The notes under the pieces were generated by a model that worked only from the letters and a program-made list of their open reading frames with translations, had not been told where the DNA came from and searched no databases. DNA of 63,869 nt, the filler included, from Sphaeroforma arctica JP610 (Eukaryota), in the NCBI RefSeq assembly GCF_001186125.1. It is 6 parts of 4 records of this genome, joined end to end, with 100 filler letters (N's around TTAATTAATTAA, not from the genome) between each part and the next. Parts side by side here need not be neighbours in the genome. Positions count along the whole stretch, not along the records: positions 14,714 to 31,738 come from NW_014040526.1; positions 31,839 to 47,884 come from NW_014040526.1; 4 more parts are not named here. One strand, written 5' to 3'. Both the position numbers and the translations under genes were made by a program. This document shows positions 25,483 through 39,411 of this stretch, one piece after another; within the stretch, counting starts at the first letter, position 1; the number at the start of each line of letters is the position of its first letter.

Positions 25483-26114
25483 CAGTCAAACCTCGATTAT
25501 TGTCTACCCTGATTTTTGATTAGTCCGATTATTGACTACTGTTCCAGCTAGTGTTTAAAACTTTCAGACCTATTACCTTTTATTTTAAGTCTTCACACTT
25601 ACAGTTCACCCCTTTAAAATATCTAGCCGTATAGTTCTCCCAAAAGAATCTACTAAGAATCGTGTAAGAACGAGCTGTCAGTCCTAGACTGCTTAAGACA
25701 TGCCATTGCGTATTGCATATGTGTTATGTACATTAGTTGCCATATAAACTAACAATAACTCTGTACATTACACACATTTGCTACATTTGCAATAGATGGC
25801 TTCTTTCCTAAAAGGAACCCTGTCGAAGAGGACACACATATTAACATCTGTGGTAGCGATTAATCTGAAGCTGACGACATAAATAGTGCAAATATTGCTA
25901 ACTTACTATATACGTGGATAAATCAAAACCACACCATCAAGATAGTAGCTACAGAAGCTGCTAGTCATCTGCTGTTGCTGGCATAACAACCCTAATGCTA
26001 AAGTAAATAATAATACATATATCAAAAGGAGTATGTATACTAACAGCCCACTGCTCATTGTTTGTAAATGTAGAAAAAAAAACCCGTGAATACTGAATCA
26101 CTGGGTCTTGACTG
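25483..26114. mobile_element. Possible pogo/Tigger-type non-autonomous DNA transposon
   Basis: TA|CAGTCAAACCTCGATTAT at the left resembles a pogo-type TIR. Degenerate inverse GGTCTTGACTG|TA at the right. Confidence 0.35.
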
Positions 26115-26410
26115 TATCACATACCAGTAATATCTACTAAGACCATTGTTTATATATAAAAATCAGATGAAAAAGGGCGTTGGAAAATAATGAAATATGA
26201 TTATAGAGACTTTATTGAATTGCCTTTGATCTGTGTCAATCTGGTACAATATTTTCTATGAATACGACATCTGAGGATGAAAAAAAGAACAGAAATCAAC
26301 GTGACGCTAGCCCTTTTGGTTTTGGAGGCCTAATACTCGCTTTCTACGTTGGAAAAGGCCAAACAACATCTGGAGATCGGGATAGACACATGTAATACAA
26401 TACTAACACT

Positions 26411-26563
26411 TGTAAGATTCGGTCTATCAAGGCGATATCAACGCTTTATAGTAGTTAAATGCTTAGGTAGAATCGGAGAATTCAAAATAAATAAACGAAA
26501 TGAGACTTTTAGTAAAGTTAGGTATGCCTCGTAAAAACAGCAATACTCTGAAGGATTGTGAGG
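26411..26563 (-). mobile_element. Fragment of Gypsy family A LTR (U5-side end)
   Basis: TGTAAGATTCGGTCTATCAAGGCGATAT...TAAAGTTAGGTATGCCTCG...GGATTGTGAGG aligns with 51520-51680. Confidence 0.9.
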
Positions 26564-27599
26564 TGACACACACACACACATGGAACTAATCATATATCGC
26601 AATAGTTTTGTATTTTATTTTAAAGAATCATTCTTTTATAAAGATCATGCTAAATCTGAAGCGAAACGCAGACACGACACGATGCGTAGCTAACCCATTT
26701 AACAGAAAATCTGAACAGAAAAAAACACCTGACGATACGCGTCGCTAATACACCAGTGTTGGCCGTGGATGGCAAGTTTATCTATATGCTTAGGGTGCAG
26801 GCGAGTACCCTGTACACTCTTATTGGGCGGCGAGCAGCCCTGAGGACATGGCGCATTGAACTTTGCATGAGCGCTTTTGAGTCGGTGAGTACCTGCACCT
26901 TCGAGAGTGTTGCATGGCACCCAGCCGATAGATTCGCCCTGAAAGGTTTTGATTTGGTTTGGCATTATTGCGTAGAATGCGGAACATGTAAAGGCGCTGG
27001 AATGGAGTCACGAAAAGCTGTCCATTTCGAGTATACTCATGAGTTCACAATTCCACACTCCTACAGTGAATAACACTTCAAGGATTAGAAACGAATATTT
27101 CACTAAATATGTACACCAAGTATGACGGATGTGGTCAGTGACAGTATGGAGCTGTCACTTGTACCCATTCGATCGTCGACGGCGCGGGCACGAGGGTATC
27201 ACGTCGAACCACTCCAACATTAGAACAGTTACCTGGTATATTGGTAGGCATGTACGCATACGTACATTAGGCGGATAGAAAGAGAACCTTTTTTTTTTCT
27301 GCTTTAAGCAATGAACGTTATGGTGTTAGTTATAAACGTTTGTGCGTTTATTCATAGACGAAAAAGGCTTAAATATGGGTATAATATTTTGAACTTATCA
27401 CTTCTATAAACAGTTTTATGATTACGTTAACATCCATATACACAGTTATAACCAACATATAATACTTATATCTCGCGAAAAATACATGCTATAGTACCCA
27501 TAATTACACATTTATTAGCTAACGTTCATATACACACACTTGACAGGGATTTCGCGTGATACAAGATAGTGATAGAAAATATGAAAACAAACATTCGTG

Positions 27600-28440
27600 A
27601 AATTGCATGCATCAGCACATTATAGTCATCTCAACCATGTAGCAAGGAGTGAGAGACATCTGGCGTCGTCACGATTTCGCAACTATAAGACCAGGGCCAT
27701 AGATACGAGTATTTCACATTCACCCGTTGTTAAAGGAAATCTCAACCCATGTAGGAACGTGATTAGTAAATATAGCAGGCGCGCCGTTTACAACGGCACT
27801 TCGGACCACTTATTCAGACTTAACACTCTTTACTCAGCGTTACTCGGGTTTGACGACAACAAAGATGAGTGACCTGTGGCATTCGGGATTGCTTGAACAT
27901 AATTTTCGAACAGAATAAAACTTAAAAATGTACAATCCGACGACAATATTACAAACCCACCTACACTATTCACACAAAAAGTGAGGAAATCAAATTCGAA
28001 GTTTGTAAAGAGCAGAATAGACTTGATAGACAGAAATAGAGCGATTGAAATCACGCAGTGGACGACGATCAAGTTTAACCGTACGTTTAAACTTATCAAT
28101 CGATTTCGCCCACATTAATATATTGCTTAGAAACTATTTTTCTCATAAAATATAGGCAAACCCAAATCGATTTCGCCCACATTAATATATTGCTTAGAAA
28201 CTATTTTTCTCATAAAATATAGGCTACGAGTCAAAGCTGAAAGTACAGAAGGGAATATAAAATTGCCTGTGCTTACTGAAAGCTAATCGGAACACTGTAG
28301 TTTTGTCAGTCGTTACACGCATCAATATAACTTTCCCAATATCAACAAATCCGTCCGAGAAACATTGGCTGGCCGCTCAATGCATTCTGCAGTACCTGAA
28401 ACAGACCTCACAACATAGTATCACATATAAGTATGCGCCT
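27600..28440 (+). mobile_element. Ty1/Copia relic (integrase/RT fragments)
   Basis: 28349-28435 encodes NPSEKHWLAAQCILQYLKQTSQHSITYKY, the Copia RT C-terminal HW.A.KRILRYLKGT motif. TSISHSPVVKG upstream weakly resembles the integrase PY.PQQNG motif. Confidence 0.6.
28098..28224. repeat. 60-bp perfect direct duplication (period 67)
   Basis: AATCGATTTCGCCCACATTAAT...AAAATATAGGC at 28098 and 28165. Confidence 0.95.
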
Positions 28441-30043
28441 GAGCCCCCCTACTGTGTGTCAAACATGTGGAACACATAGTTTTTATTGTGCCATCCGATC
28501 TCAGCCACTGCGACAAGATCAATTTTGACCGTGCGCATTTGCACGTGTCACTTCTCAAGCGCCTCACATTTCATGTACTCTTGTTCTTAGAGTGTACGTA
28601 GATTGGAGTTAATCAGACTTTTACTTTTTGCTTCAGCGACCATCGCCGTGCAGCAAAGTGTGTCAAGTTGTGTTGCTCTGTATCTGACGTGGTGAGCGTG
28701 ATGCTTATATCCGTCCCTGCATGCAACGTTCAGAGACCTCTTGAGAGGGCATAGGTTTGATAGCAGACGTCTGTAAACCGTAAGATTCGAGGTGAGTCGG
28801 TTGCAGAACATCTTCGTCCATATGATCTGCGCTTATATGTTAATTCTTCTGTTTTGTTGTAGCAGTCACAATTAAACCCGTTGCTTGTGAACCCTCGTGT
28901 TTATACTCAGGACAATCGTCTACAAGCTTCATAAGCTGTTCGTAGACATGTGACATGTTGCTTTTTATAGCGAAAATGGTTGTGTTTTCTCTTCCCCTGT
29001 TATGTCTTTGAAAGCGCTCAGCTATGTCCGTTACTTTGCTTGGGCTTCGCGTGACTCATGTGTAGTATTGAAAGACTAAGCTTTTGTTACCTTGGCTTGA
29101 TTCCTTTGTTGGTAGACTGGCATTCAAGTGGTGGTTTCATGGGATATGGTTGCTTCATCCGCCTTACGTTGGAATCCCTCTTAATGTTTTCAGTATTTTT
29201 ATTTTCAGGGCCAATACAGCATATGATTGTATGTACCCAAACGTTGCCTTCATCAGCCGGGTACCTTTTTAGTATAAACCTCTCTGTCGACGTAAATCGG
29301 CTCTTCTTGTTTCATTGCCTGTAAGTTACTGAACCAAGGGTCTGACTTCATCAGAGGACAACATAGCATTATGATGACTTTCTTAAAGTAAAGATAAATA
29401 AATAACAACACTAATAGTTGCCAAGGCGGGTTTGACCAACCGTTGTGCTCCGCAAGATGAATCTCAAACATCACCCTCAGGGTGATTTGAGAACAATCTT
29501 TTGACAGTCTGGTAACAGACGGGAAAGTATGCTCGGGAGGTGGTCGTGCACGCTTGGTGTGAGACCTTTGCACAAGTGAACTGACCGAGGCGATCATATC
29601 ACCTGTTTACCATTTAATTGTACTGTTTCATTTTGTAAGATATACCAAACACTTTTAGTCACAAGCCACTCCAAAGTGTGTATTTGAAGTGCTCTAAAGC
29701 AGATGCTATGGCATATGGTTCTTGCTTTTAACTGTAAGGGAGGTACGCTGCGAAGTGTTAAGCACTTACTAAAGAACTGTAGATATCGAGGTTCAACTTT
29801 GTAGAATACACCTCTCATAGCATTATCGGATGCGCCTGTGGCTAGCTTATAAGGTTTCCGGTCAACACTTCGTCGCGTTACAGGTACAGACTGCACGGCG
29901 GTTCTAACAGATAAGCTATTAGATACTGTTAAGAGCGTAGTCATCGCTTTCTTTCTTTCTTGTGATCTACATATATTCCATATTGTGTGTGTCAATTTTC
30001 CCAAACGGTAAGCTCCCATCCCAAGCAGTATTTGAAAATTACT

Positions 30044-30297
30044 GGCACGCGCAACCGCTCCTCAATCGATATCACTTTATTTGGTATCTCCCGTCCAAAT
30101 CGGTTTCTCAATCGCCTCGGGAGCTCCACCAGTTTCGTCCGCCTTTGTGTTTCTAGCGACGCTGTCCCCCAAGTGAAACGGGAAATGGCCTGCTGCACAC
30201 ACAAACGAGCGTCAAAAATTCTTGCCCGCAGCCTGGATGCTCGACTCACCCCTCCACTTGTAACTTATCTCTTTTGAAATAAATGATATTATCCCTA
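30044..30297 (+). mobile_element. Probable 5'-truncated LINE 3' end
   Basis: GC-richer open frame ending TGA-AATAAA, followed by the same 26-nt terminus as the LINE at 12716. Confidence 0.45.
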
Positions 30298-30412
30298 ACA
30301 CTCTCCTAAATCCGGTACTTATGAATAGTATTAAAATGAGATCAGTTCCCATGTTCTCCCCTTGATTGTATAGGTACAACGTTTCGTGTTGTAGTAGATA
30401 TGGCCTTCTGTC

Positions 30413-30617
30413 GTTGCGAACGCCAGACAATAGGAAGCTGGTTGATGCGGAGGACGAAATCACTTGTGGAGCGATATATGTGTTTGCAACCGCTGTAGTC
30501 AGCATCGGTATATACGTCATATCAATGCTGACTACAGCGGTTGCAAAGACGTATATCGCTTCACAAGTAGTTTTGTTCTCCGCATCAACCAACTTCCTAT
30601 TGTCTGGCGTTCGCAAC
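30413..30617. repeat. Long inverted repeat (99-bp arms, 7-nt loop); candidate hairpin RNA
   Basis: Arms 30413-30511 and 30519-30617 align without gaps, with 10 substitutions. Confidence 0.92.
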
Positions 30618-31840
30618 ACACTTTGTGATCAGCTGTGAATAGTGAGGAAGTATCAGTTTGTGTGCGGATGTATTTTGTAGTGACTATGCATCATCTCACA
30701 ACAAATATAAGGCTGTACCCACAAAGCGACCCTGCCCGTTTAAAAGTATGGATGAAGCGGCTTGGTCGCTTAGGAAATGGTGTTTAAAGTATGAGTTTTG
30801 CGGATATGGATATATCAATACGTAAAAAAACACATCCGCCCCATGTATTGGAAGCCGCGGGGTATTAGAAGCAGACATCGTTAACACACGATGCAGTACC
30901 AATGACTGTAGATAAGTGGAATGCGCAATGGCAGCTGGCAACTTGATGAAACACAAGAATACAGAGCAAGTGATGTTAGAAAACTGATCGTTTACGACGA
31001 GATCCAAGATGAGAATAATTCGTTACCAAGGCACTCAACACGACTCAAACACAACAAACCATTTATGCTCACTTACACAAACATTCCAGGCATTAGTCAG
31101 GCAGCCCGTCCTGAGAGGATTATAGAACTCGAGAGGATATCATAAGACAATACTGCAACATTGAACAAAGCTGATCAGTTGATATTCGAACTAATAGCAT
31201 GCAACCAATCTCTTCGATGTGAAGCAGATTCACTTCACAAGGAAGCACAAGACGTGGAGCGTGCCTGCGAAAATGTAAGCGAGACAGCACACAGGTTCTA
31301 ATAGAGTCGCTTAATAAATGTGTAACGGAACTACATGGCCACGTTGTGGGTTTGAAGAAGATCGTTTGAGGTCAAATGGCGGTTATATGTGCTCCCTGCT
31401 GTTAAAGCCTAGTCACAGGCACATCATCTACATTGACGTCCTATCTTAGACCATCTACACCCATCCCATCACGAGTGAAGAAACGCTAAGAGACGCGTGT
31501 ACTTAAAATAATCGTGCTCTTAATGTTTGCATGTGTTCAAAAAATGGGCTACGCCCAAAATTCTAAAAAGTTCGATATTTCTATAGGTCTGTTTGTTAGT
31601 TTCTTGCCGTGAGGAAAAACCACAAAACGCATATTTGCCGATCACGGCTTTTCATTCTCCTTATGCCGTGAACATGGCGGCGAGTTTATGGGATATTATG
31701 GCTGCATTTAAATTCGTGTCTGCTATATGTGAACCCCCNNNNNNNNNNNNNNNNNNNNNNNNNNNNNNNNNNNNNNNNNNNNTTAATTAATTAANNNNNN
31801 NNNNNNNNNNNNNNNNNNNNNNNNNNNNNNNNNNNNNNCA

Positions 31841-31898
<58 letters not shown>

Positions 31899-33759
31899 CA
31901 CTTATACGCATGCACACACACACACATATATACATATATACATATATATATAAATATATTTATATATATAAAGGATCTTATACGCGGATGGGTGTATTTA
32001 GCTATAACAGAATGAAATACGTGAGTCGCAAGTTTCAGAAAATTGTGACATCACACTTGCCTTATACTTGTAACACAATAGATTAGAAAAATATATTCAA
32101 GTATCCTTGACTTAAATTTCTTGAAAAATAAATTTTTTTTTTTTTGGGATTAAGCAGAGCACGTACCAAAGATACATGCATATAGGTATATTTTGTATGG
32201 TTCACTGATTGTTGTGGTCGATTGCGAAATCGCGATTTACACAGTGTTGAGTGGAATACTGCGTGAAAACAATCTGGCTTTATCGTACTGTGGAGCACAT
32301 ACCCAAATTGCATGTACGTGTATAAATTTTGGATGGTTCACTGATTCAATGTTACTTTGTGACGATTAATCTACAGGCAACATGTGCTCACATCAACAGC
32401 TACGGTGTGACAGACGTCGTATGATCTTGATATCAGGTTCAGGCAAGAATAGCGTTGGTAGAAATCGTCGAAAGTACCCTTGCCTTGTCATGGTCACCAA
32501 ATAAACTCTTTACTTCAGTCTCATCGAGAAGACGATGGCTGTACAGGTTGCACGAATTCGTCAATTGACAGTATAAAACCTTAAAAAAAGTCAGGGGTAA
32601 CCAGAAACAAAAGAAACAAATCGAAAAAAGCAAAGGATCTTATAACTAATCACACACGTGACATTATACCCGAGTGTCCCTATTAGCCCAATATTTTGGT
32701 GCTATTGTAGCAGGAGGGAAGTTCTGATTTTGATTTGTTTTTAAACACTTAATATCCGCATGCATGTATGTAGTAATGATGGTGCACTGTGGCCTCCAAC
32801 AGTAGTGACCACGTATTATGCCCGAGAAAGTTACCGTTCCGATATGGCGCAAGATTCAGACACAAACATTCGGGAGGTATATAACCAAGGCAATATATCA
32901 AAACTCCACAGCGGTATTTTTTTCAGCAATCACGAGACCTAAAGGACTCACCACGCACTAACACGGCTGATGTATCAACCATGATCTGTCATCAAAACGA
33001 ATATACAGGCCTACGCTATTGAAGGTAAACGATTCCTTCTTGGACGTATGTGTTTCTTTTAAAATACAAAGCGATCTTGAACTGATGATATACATACCAT
33101 CGTGTTTTCAGATAATTTGTAACCCTGTGCCGAAAATAAGTTCCTCCTACTTATAATCATATATATATTTGTCAGCATCTTAATTATATATGAAGGGTAT
33201 GAGGTAAACTTACGTAGAAATGCATCGTGACAGGGAACAGGTATTCCATCACCTTTGCCCATTTTCAGGCACTCGCCAAACAGTTTGCAAAGCATGACCA
33301 TGAAATGTATTGCCGGCGTGTATATTTACACAGAACAAAATGTTAGCAAAATAGCAACACTTGTCAATTTTCGAAGATCAAGTATGTCTGTTAATTTGTA
33401 GTGCTTGTATTTATTATCGATTCATGATATACTAGTCTTTTCTGGCCAAATCAGACCAATTTTACGTGCGCAAATCAGAACGCTCAGAGACATCTTCATT
33501 GCCAGTATCAATGTTACAGCCATATGTTTGAACACATATGTGCAGGAATGTACGCAAATGTGTAGTTCCCATTTTATCAGCCATGTACTTTTGTTTTCTT
33601 TTTTGGAATCAAAAGATCTCTCCCTCCTCCACAGCCCCAAGTTCCCAACAAATACAGCATAATTATTGCATTCTGGCCTAGAATCGATCTTTAAAAACTT
33701 TCACCAAAGCGCATTCATCGGCCGCCGCTATACTAAACTTTTTCGAGTTACTACAGTTC

Positions 33760-36700
33760 TATGTATGTATATACATGTGTTAGGTATGTCAATAGGTATG
33801 CATATGACGTGTGAGTGAATAGGCGTGCATATTAAAGTGTGAATGGTCATGCGTATGTGTAATGGAGATAGTAGTGTATATATGCGCGTGTGCATAAGTA
33901 TGTGGATATGGATAGACGCGTGTTTGTGTGCTTAAAATGGTATGTGGGTAGGTGTGTGTATGTGTATTTGAATTGGCACGTGCATGTGTATAAGTTTGTG
34001 TGTCTGAAATGGCATGTGTAGATGTATAGGTGGATAAATATACATGTATATGTAGATGTGAATAGGTATGTGTATGTGATGAGTATGCTTTAAGGAATAA
34101 ATATGTGCATATGTGAGAGTGAAAATAGATATATATGGTATGTATATGTCGATAGATATGCGTATGTGTATGTTAATAGCTATCTGTGTGAGTATGTCAT
34201 TCGGTATGTGCATGTGAATAGGCATGTGTATGGGTATGCCAATCGGTATGTGAATGTGAATGTGTATTGTCATGTCAATAAGTATATTTCTGTGTATGTG
34301 TTTCTGTAAATAGGCATGTGTATGTGCAGTTATGCATATATATAAATATATTGTGTGAATAGGGATATATATATGTATGTGAATGGATGTGTTTGTGAAT
34401 AGGTGTGTGTATGGGGGCTCCTTCATTTTTTTGTAACTGGTTTATCCATTTTCTACTAAATCACGGCTGGGACAGACAGTGTATAATTAATATCTATAGA
34501 ATCATTTTATGATGAAAATCGATATTCATTGGTCTCGTATAAAATATACATAGAATCAATTCTACGTATATATATATCTATTTGTGATTCAATTTTTTCA
34601 TGATGGATATGTTCATTGATCTCGTGTATATATGTATATATCTAAAATGTAGTACAAGAAAATGAGGCAACCGTCCGGTCCATATGCATATTTCATGCAA
34701 TCTCGCTTCGTCTGCATGAGATCCCCATTGAACAGCTCGATCAGATACACGTCTACCCTCTTTATAACAAAGTATGCAAAGCTTCCCGAATACAGTAAAC
34801 ACTTTAAATACACTAATATATATATCTTGAAAATAACCCGATTTATTGACGATAGCTTGCACTGTCACACATATTTACATATCCACGTACTTATACAGGT
34901 GCCTGATCACACACATACTCGTACACATACTTATCCATATGAACATACAGATGACTATTCACATACCCGTACACAAACCTATTGACATTCTCATATTGAT
35001 ACCTGATACATAGACATTCTTTTCCACCTACACATACATATGCATACTTGTGCCCATTCACAAACACAATTGAACATACACGTTTAAAAAAAAATATACA
35101 CATACACATACCCCTACACATATCTATTGTCATACTCCTACAGATGCCTATTCACATATAGATGCATATGGACATACACATTCGAATGCCTCTTCACGCA
35201 GGAATACACGTAAATATCTATTGGTATACCCGTACCCACACACATACCAATTCACTTACCCATACACATTTGCGGGCGGAGTGGTTAAGAGTTGGGCTTC
35301 TGCTGATGAGAGTATCTGGTGCTCTATATTCTTTTCGCGGACACTGTTCTGCAATATTTTATATCTACAATAAGTACATACATATGGAAAAAGAAACCTT
35401 CTATATTTGTGTGTTGTTGTTGTGTACTCAATTGTGGTACACGCCCTAACACCAGCACATGCACACTATACGGCACCTCACCCACCCTCCCACAAACTCT
35501 TATAGAACACACACACGCACAACCTCTTTCACACACGCGTGCACTCACAAACTCTTATAGAACACACACATACACGCACAACCTCTTTCACACATATTCA
35601 CTCCACTCACTCACACACAAACTCTTACAGAACACACATATACACGCATAATCTCTTTCATACACATTCACTCAACACACACTCGTATTCACACACACAC
35701 ATTCACTCAACACACATATACACGCATAATCTCTTTCATACACATTCACTCAACACACACACACTCGTATTCACACACACACACACATACAAATCTACTA
35801 ACTCACCCACTCACATGTTCATACTCAAATACACACACGTACGCACATATGTCTATACTAACTCACTCACATGTTCATACTCAAATACACACACGTACGC
35901 ACATATGTCTATACTAACTCACTCATTCACTCTCGCATACACTCACACACGCACATCTATCCATACTAACTCACTCACTCACATGTTCACACTCATATAC
36001 ACACGCACGCACATATGTCTATACTAGCTCGCTCGCACACACTAACACACACGCTCACTTACAGGAAAAGGGGATTGTTTCTATTCTACAAAGTATCCCA
36101 TACTGCTGGATTCCAGTGGGGGTGTCTACACATAGGCAAAAAGCGTCACAGACAGATTTCGCGCCTTGAATGTACAAAAATCGCTGACAATGTGATGAGG
36201 GATTCTAACAAGCTAACACTTTCAGTTTAAAACCAAAAAAAACATTACCGGATAACTGTACGCTTTCAGTTTAAAACCAAAAAAAACATTACCGGATAAC
36301 TGTACGCTTTCAGTTTAAAACAAAAAAATAAAACCATTGCAGGATAACTACGCTTTCAGCCCCCACGGCGTCCCAGGCGAGACTTTATTGCAAAACTCCA
36401 ACATGCCACGGAATATGCAATGGTAACTGATATATTTTGCGTGTTTATTTGATGATCCTGTCCTCTTACATATATATGCCTAACATACATACATACCACC
36501 ATATAGAACAACAAGCCATTAGAATTGATTCAGAACTGAAGTTGTTACCATTCTATCATCCGCTTTATCGTACGATATGTACAGACTAAAGCTACTCGTG
36601 GTAGTTATATTTTAGAAGATCACTGATAAATTTCAAACCTGTCATGTGTTGTATTAACAAGAAAAAAACCGTGATCACTACGAACAGCGAAACAAAGCGA

Positions 36701-38620
36701 GATTTATTGACTCAACCACAGATTCCTAATAGCAGATTACTGGTCCATCATAACCTCGACGAGTCAAGTACCCAAAACGGTTACTTTGCGATCGTTGAAA
36801 TATATGAAAATTATAGACTTGCCGTTACAAAGTCATGTTCTTTGAGCTATCGAAACGGTTACAACTAACAACTTGGAATTAACTCACAATCAGACAAGTA
36901 CACGCACACACAAATATACATAGAGTACAAGTACGCACAAAAAAACCCCCCCGCACATACACATACATACCATCACCCACATACTAAAACCACGCACATA
37001 TAAATACTCACACTCAACCGTATATATATATATATTCGTACAAACACACACAAATTAACCACATATGTAAGAACAGAACATAAAACTCAACAACAACACA
37101 CGCACGTACACCCGATCATTCCCTCTCTCTCTCATGTATGCACACAAGCACGACACGAAAAATGAGAAGGAAAAAGACAACGATTCACACGAGTATACAC
37201 AAGCAGATCGACACAAACGTATCGCAGAAAATGACATGGGAACAAACGCTTGAACGTATCTACACACACATGTATATACAGACAAACAAACACAGGAAAA
37301 ACCACGAGATGGAAACAGACAAACATACACACACAGGTGTCACAGATAAAGACACAGAAACAGACCCGTGAACGGATCTACAAGACCCTCACCATACAAA
37401 TGTGTACAAACACACAGATACATATGTAAACACACAAAAGCACAAATACACACAGATATATATGTATAAATATATATATACAAAATCAAAACCACAAACA
37501 CACAGATATATATATCAGATATAACACAGGCATATTTATATATATATGCACACGAAGGCACAAACACAGACATGTATATACATATGTAAACACACAAAAG
37601 CACAAATATACACAGACATATATATATGCACACAGAGGCACAAGCACAGACATATAATTATATACTAAGCACCATAAACAAATAGAGATATATATACAAA
37701 AGCACAAACACAAACACAAACTCACAAACATATATATATATATACATACACACACGTATATACATAAATACAAACACAGACACACATACGACTTGTATAT
37801 GTACATATGCAAACACATACGTAGACAAACATACAGACACACACGCAGACAGACAGATATAGACACGCAAAAAATACGTGTACACAAACAGAGACACGGA
37901 AGCCCAGAAACACCACACATACGTAAGCAGGTGCACACACACAAACACGAGAACAAAAACATACATATAAATGACACGACACGGAAAGTGACACAACCAT
38001 TTTTGTGTACACACACACGAGGGTATATATACATATATATATATATATATAACAAGCGCAACAAAAAGATATACACACGTACACACATACAAGCACACGC
38101 TTGTGGGAGTCGACGGGAGTACTGGAGATTTTGACTTTTATCTGACCTGGCAATCGTTTACGACTGATTGAAAGTAGTTGAGCTACTATTTAAACGTTTC
38201 GGACGGTTCGAAAACCTATCATATTCTGTCGTTGCATGCACATGCACGCACAGGCGCATGCATAGGCGCATACACAGACAAAGGAGCAGAGACAGACAGA
38301 AAAACGCACAGAAACACAGGCATAGACATAGAGACAAATACATGAAAATAGACATAGGCACAGTGACCGAGACAGGCGCACAAATACAGACAAACACAAC
38401 CATAGACAGAGACCGAGACAGATGCAGATACATAGGCAGAGACAGACACACACATATATACACTGCAATGTACAAACTAATTCATACCGTTTGGGATTCC
38501 ACAAAATCAAATTCGTTTCCCGAAGGTTTCGCTCGTTATTGTATTAAGAGAGAGATGTTCGAGACCGAGACCGAGACGTATACATATAGAGAGAGAGACA
38601 CTCACATATATAGGTTTATG
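33760..38620. repeat. Large degenerate (TG)n/(CA)n/(TA)n low-complexity blocks (33760-34410, 34870-36060, 36900-38620)
   Basis: Directly visible. Source of the spurious His/Thr/Cys/Val-rich ORFs. Confidence 0.9.
36219..36358. repeat. 44-bp tandem repeat, ~3 copies
   Basis: CTTTCAGTTTAAAACCAAAAAAAACATTACCGGATAACTGTACG at 36219, 36263 and 36307. Confidence 0.9.
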
Positions 38621-39411
38621 TAAAAAAAATTATTCATACCGTGTACAACTGTACATATTTAGATTTCCTCCATCATTGGAGTTTCATAAATACACACTCT
38701 TTCTCTCTCTACTCTCTACTAGAGAGAGAGAGTCTTGCCTCTCGAGGAGGTTATGTTGCTGGGGGGTTCTGAATAACAGAGTGATTGTAATGAATGTAAC
38801 GTTCGTACGGTGTCGTCAACTGTCCTATTTTAGCTTTTGATATCGAAAGTGACAAGTCATAGGGATAATCTACTCTATTTATTTCAAGTTGTCACTTCTT
38901 GTGTCAGCGACCAGCATAGCCTTCCTATGTATTGGCCAATGGAAACACTTGACTAACCATCTAAAATGACACGAAAGTGTTCAAGAATATTATAAAATCA
39001 AATCGAAGGCTCTCCGTGGAAAACGCATGATGTCAGAAACTCTATATACAGATGACTCCATTAACGTACCGAACTTTAATATGAAAATTTATTCTAGACG
39101 GAGTTTTTTATGTGTATTTATAATTCAAAAGGCTAGTTTTTAGACCCCAAAAATAATACAGGTTTTCATATTGATGCTCAGTTTATTCTTGTATACAGCA
39201 TATGTACCAAGATCCACATAAGTTACAGGTTGTCGGCCTCGACAGGCTCGACTCCGCCTCCGAGCTGCTAGTGGCGAATCAAAACTGGTGTCATTGTGAA
39301 AAGAAAAAATTGGTTTGACATCTGATAGATATGATACACCACCACATATATAAATGAGAAAATTCTGCTTACGATAGGCACATATTTACACATAGTTATA
39401 TTCCTGTAATT

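Noticed and set aside
26699..27260. Overlapping short ORFs in a GC-richer patch
   Set aside because: No motif or consistent exon structure found.
30921..31303. Coiled-coil-like reading frame with an internal stop
   Set aside because: No recognisable family and no splice support.
35274..35335. tRNA A-box-like GGCGGAGTGGTTAAG and hammerhead-like CTGATGAG
   Set aside because: No B-box or cloverleaf, and no GAAA after the putative stem II.
33932..38623. Many His/Thr/Ile- or Cys/Val-rich ORFs (also 5120-5737 and 58252-59158)
   Set aside because: Translations of micro/minisatellites, not genes.
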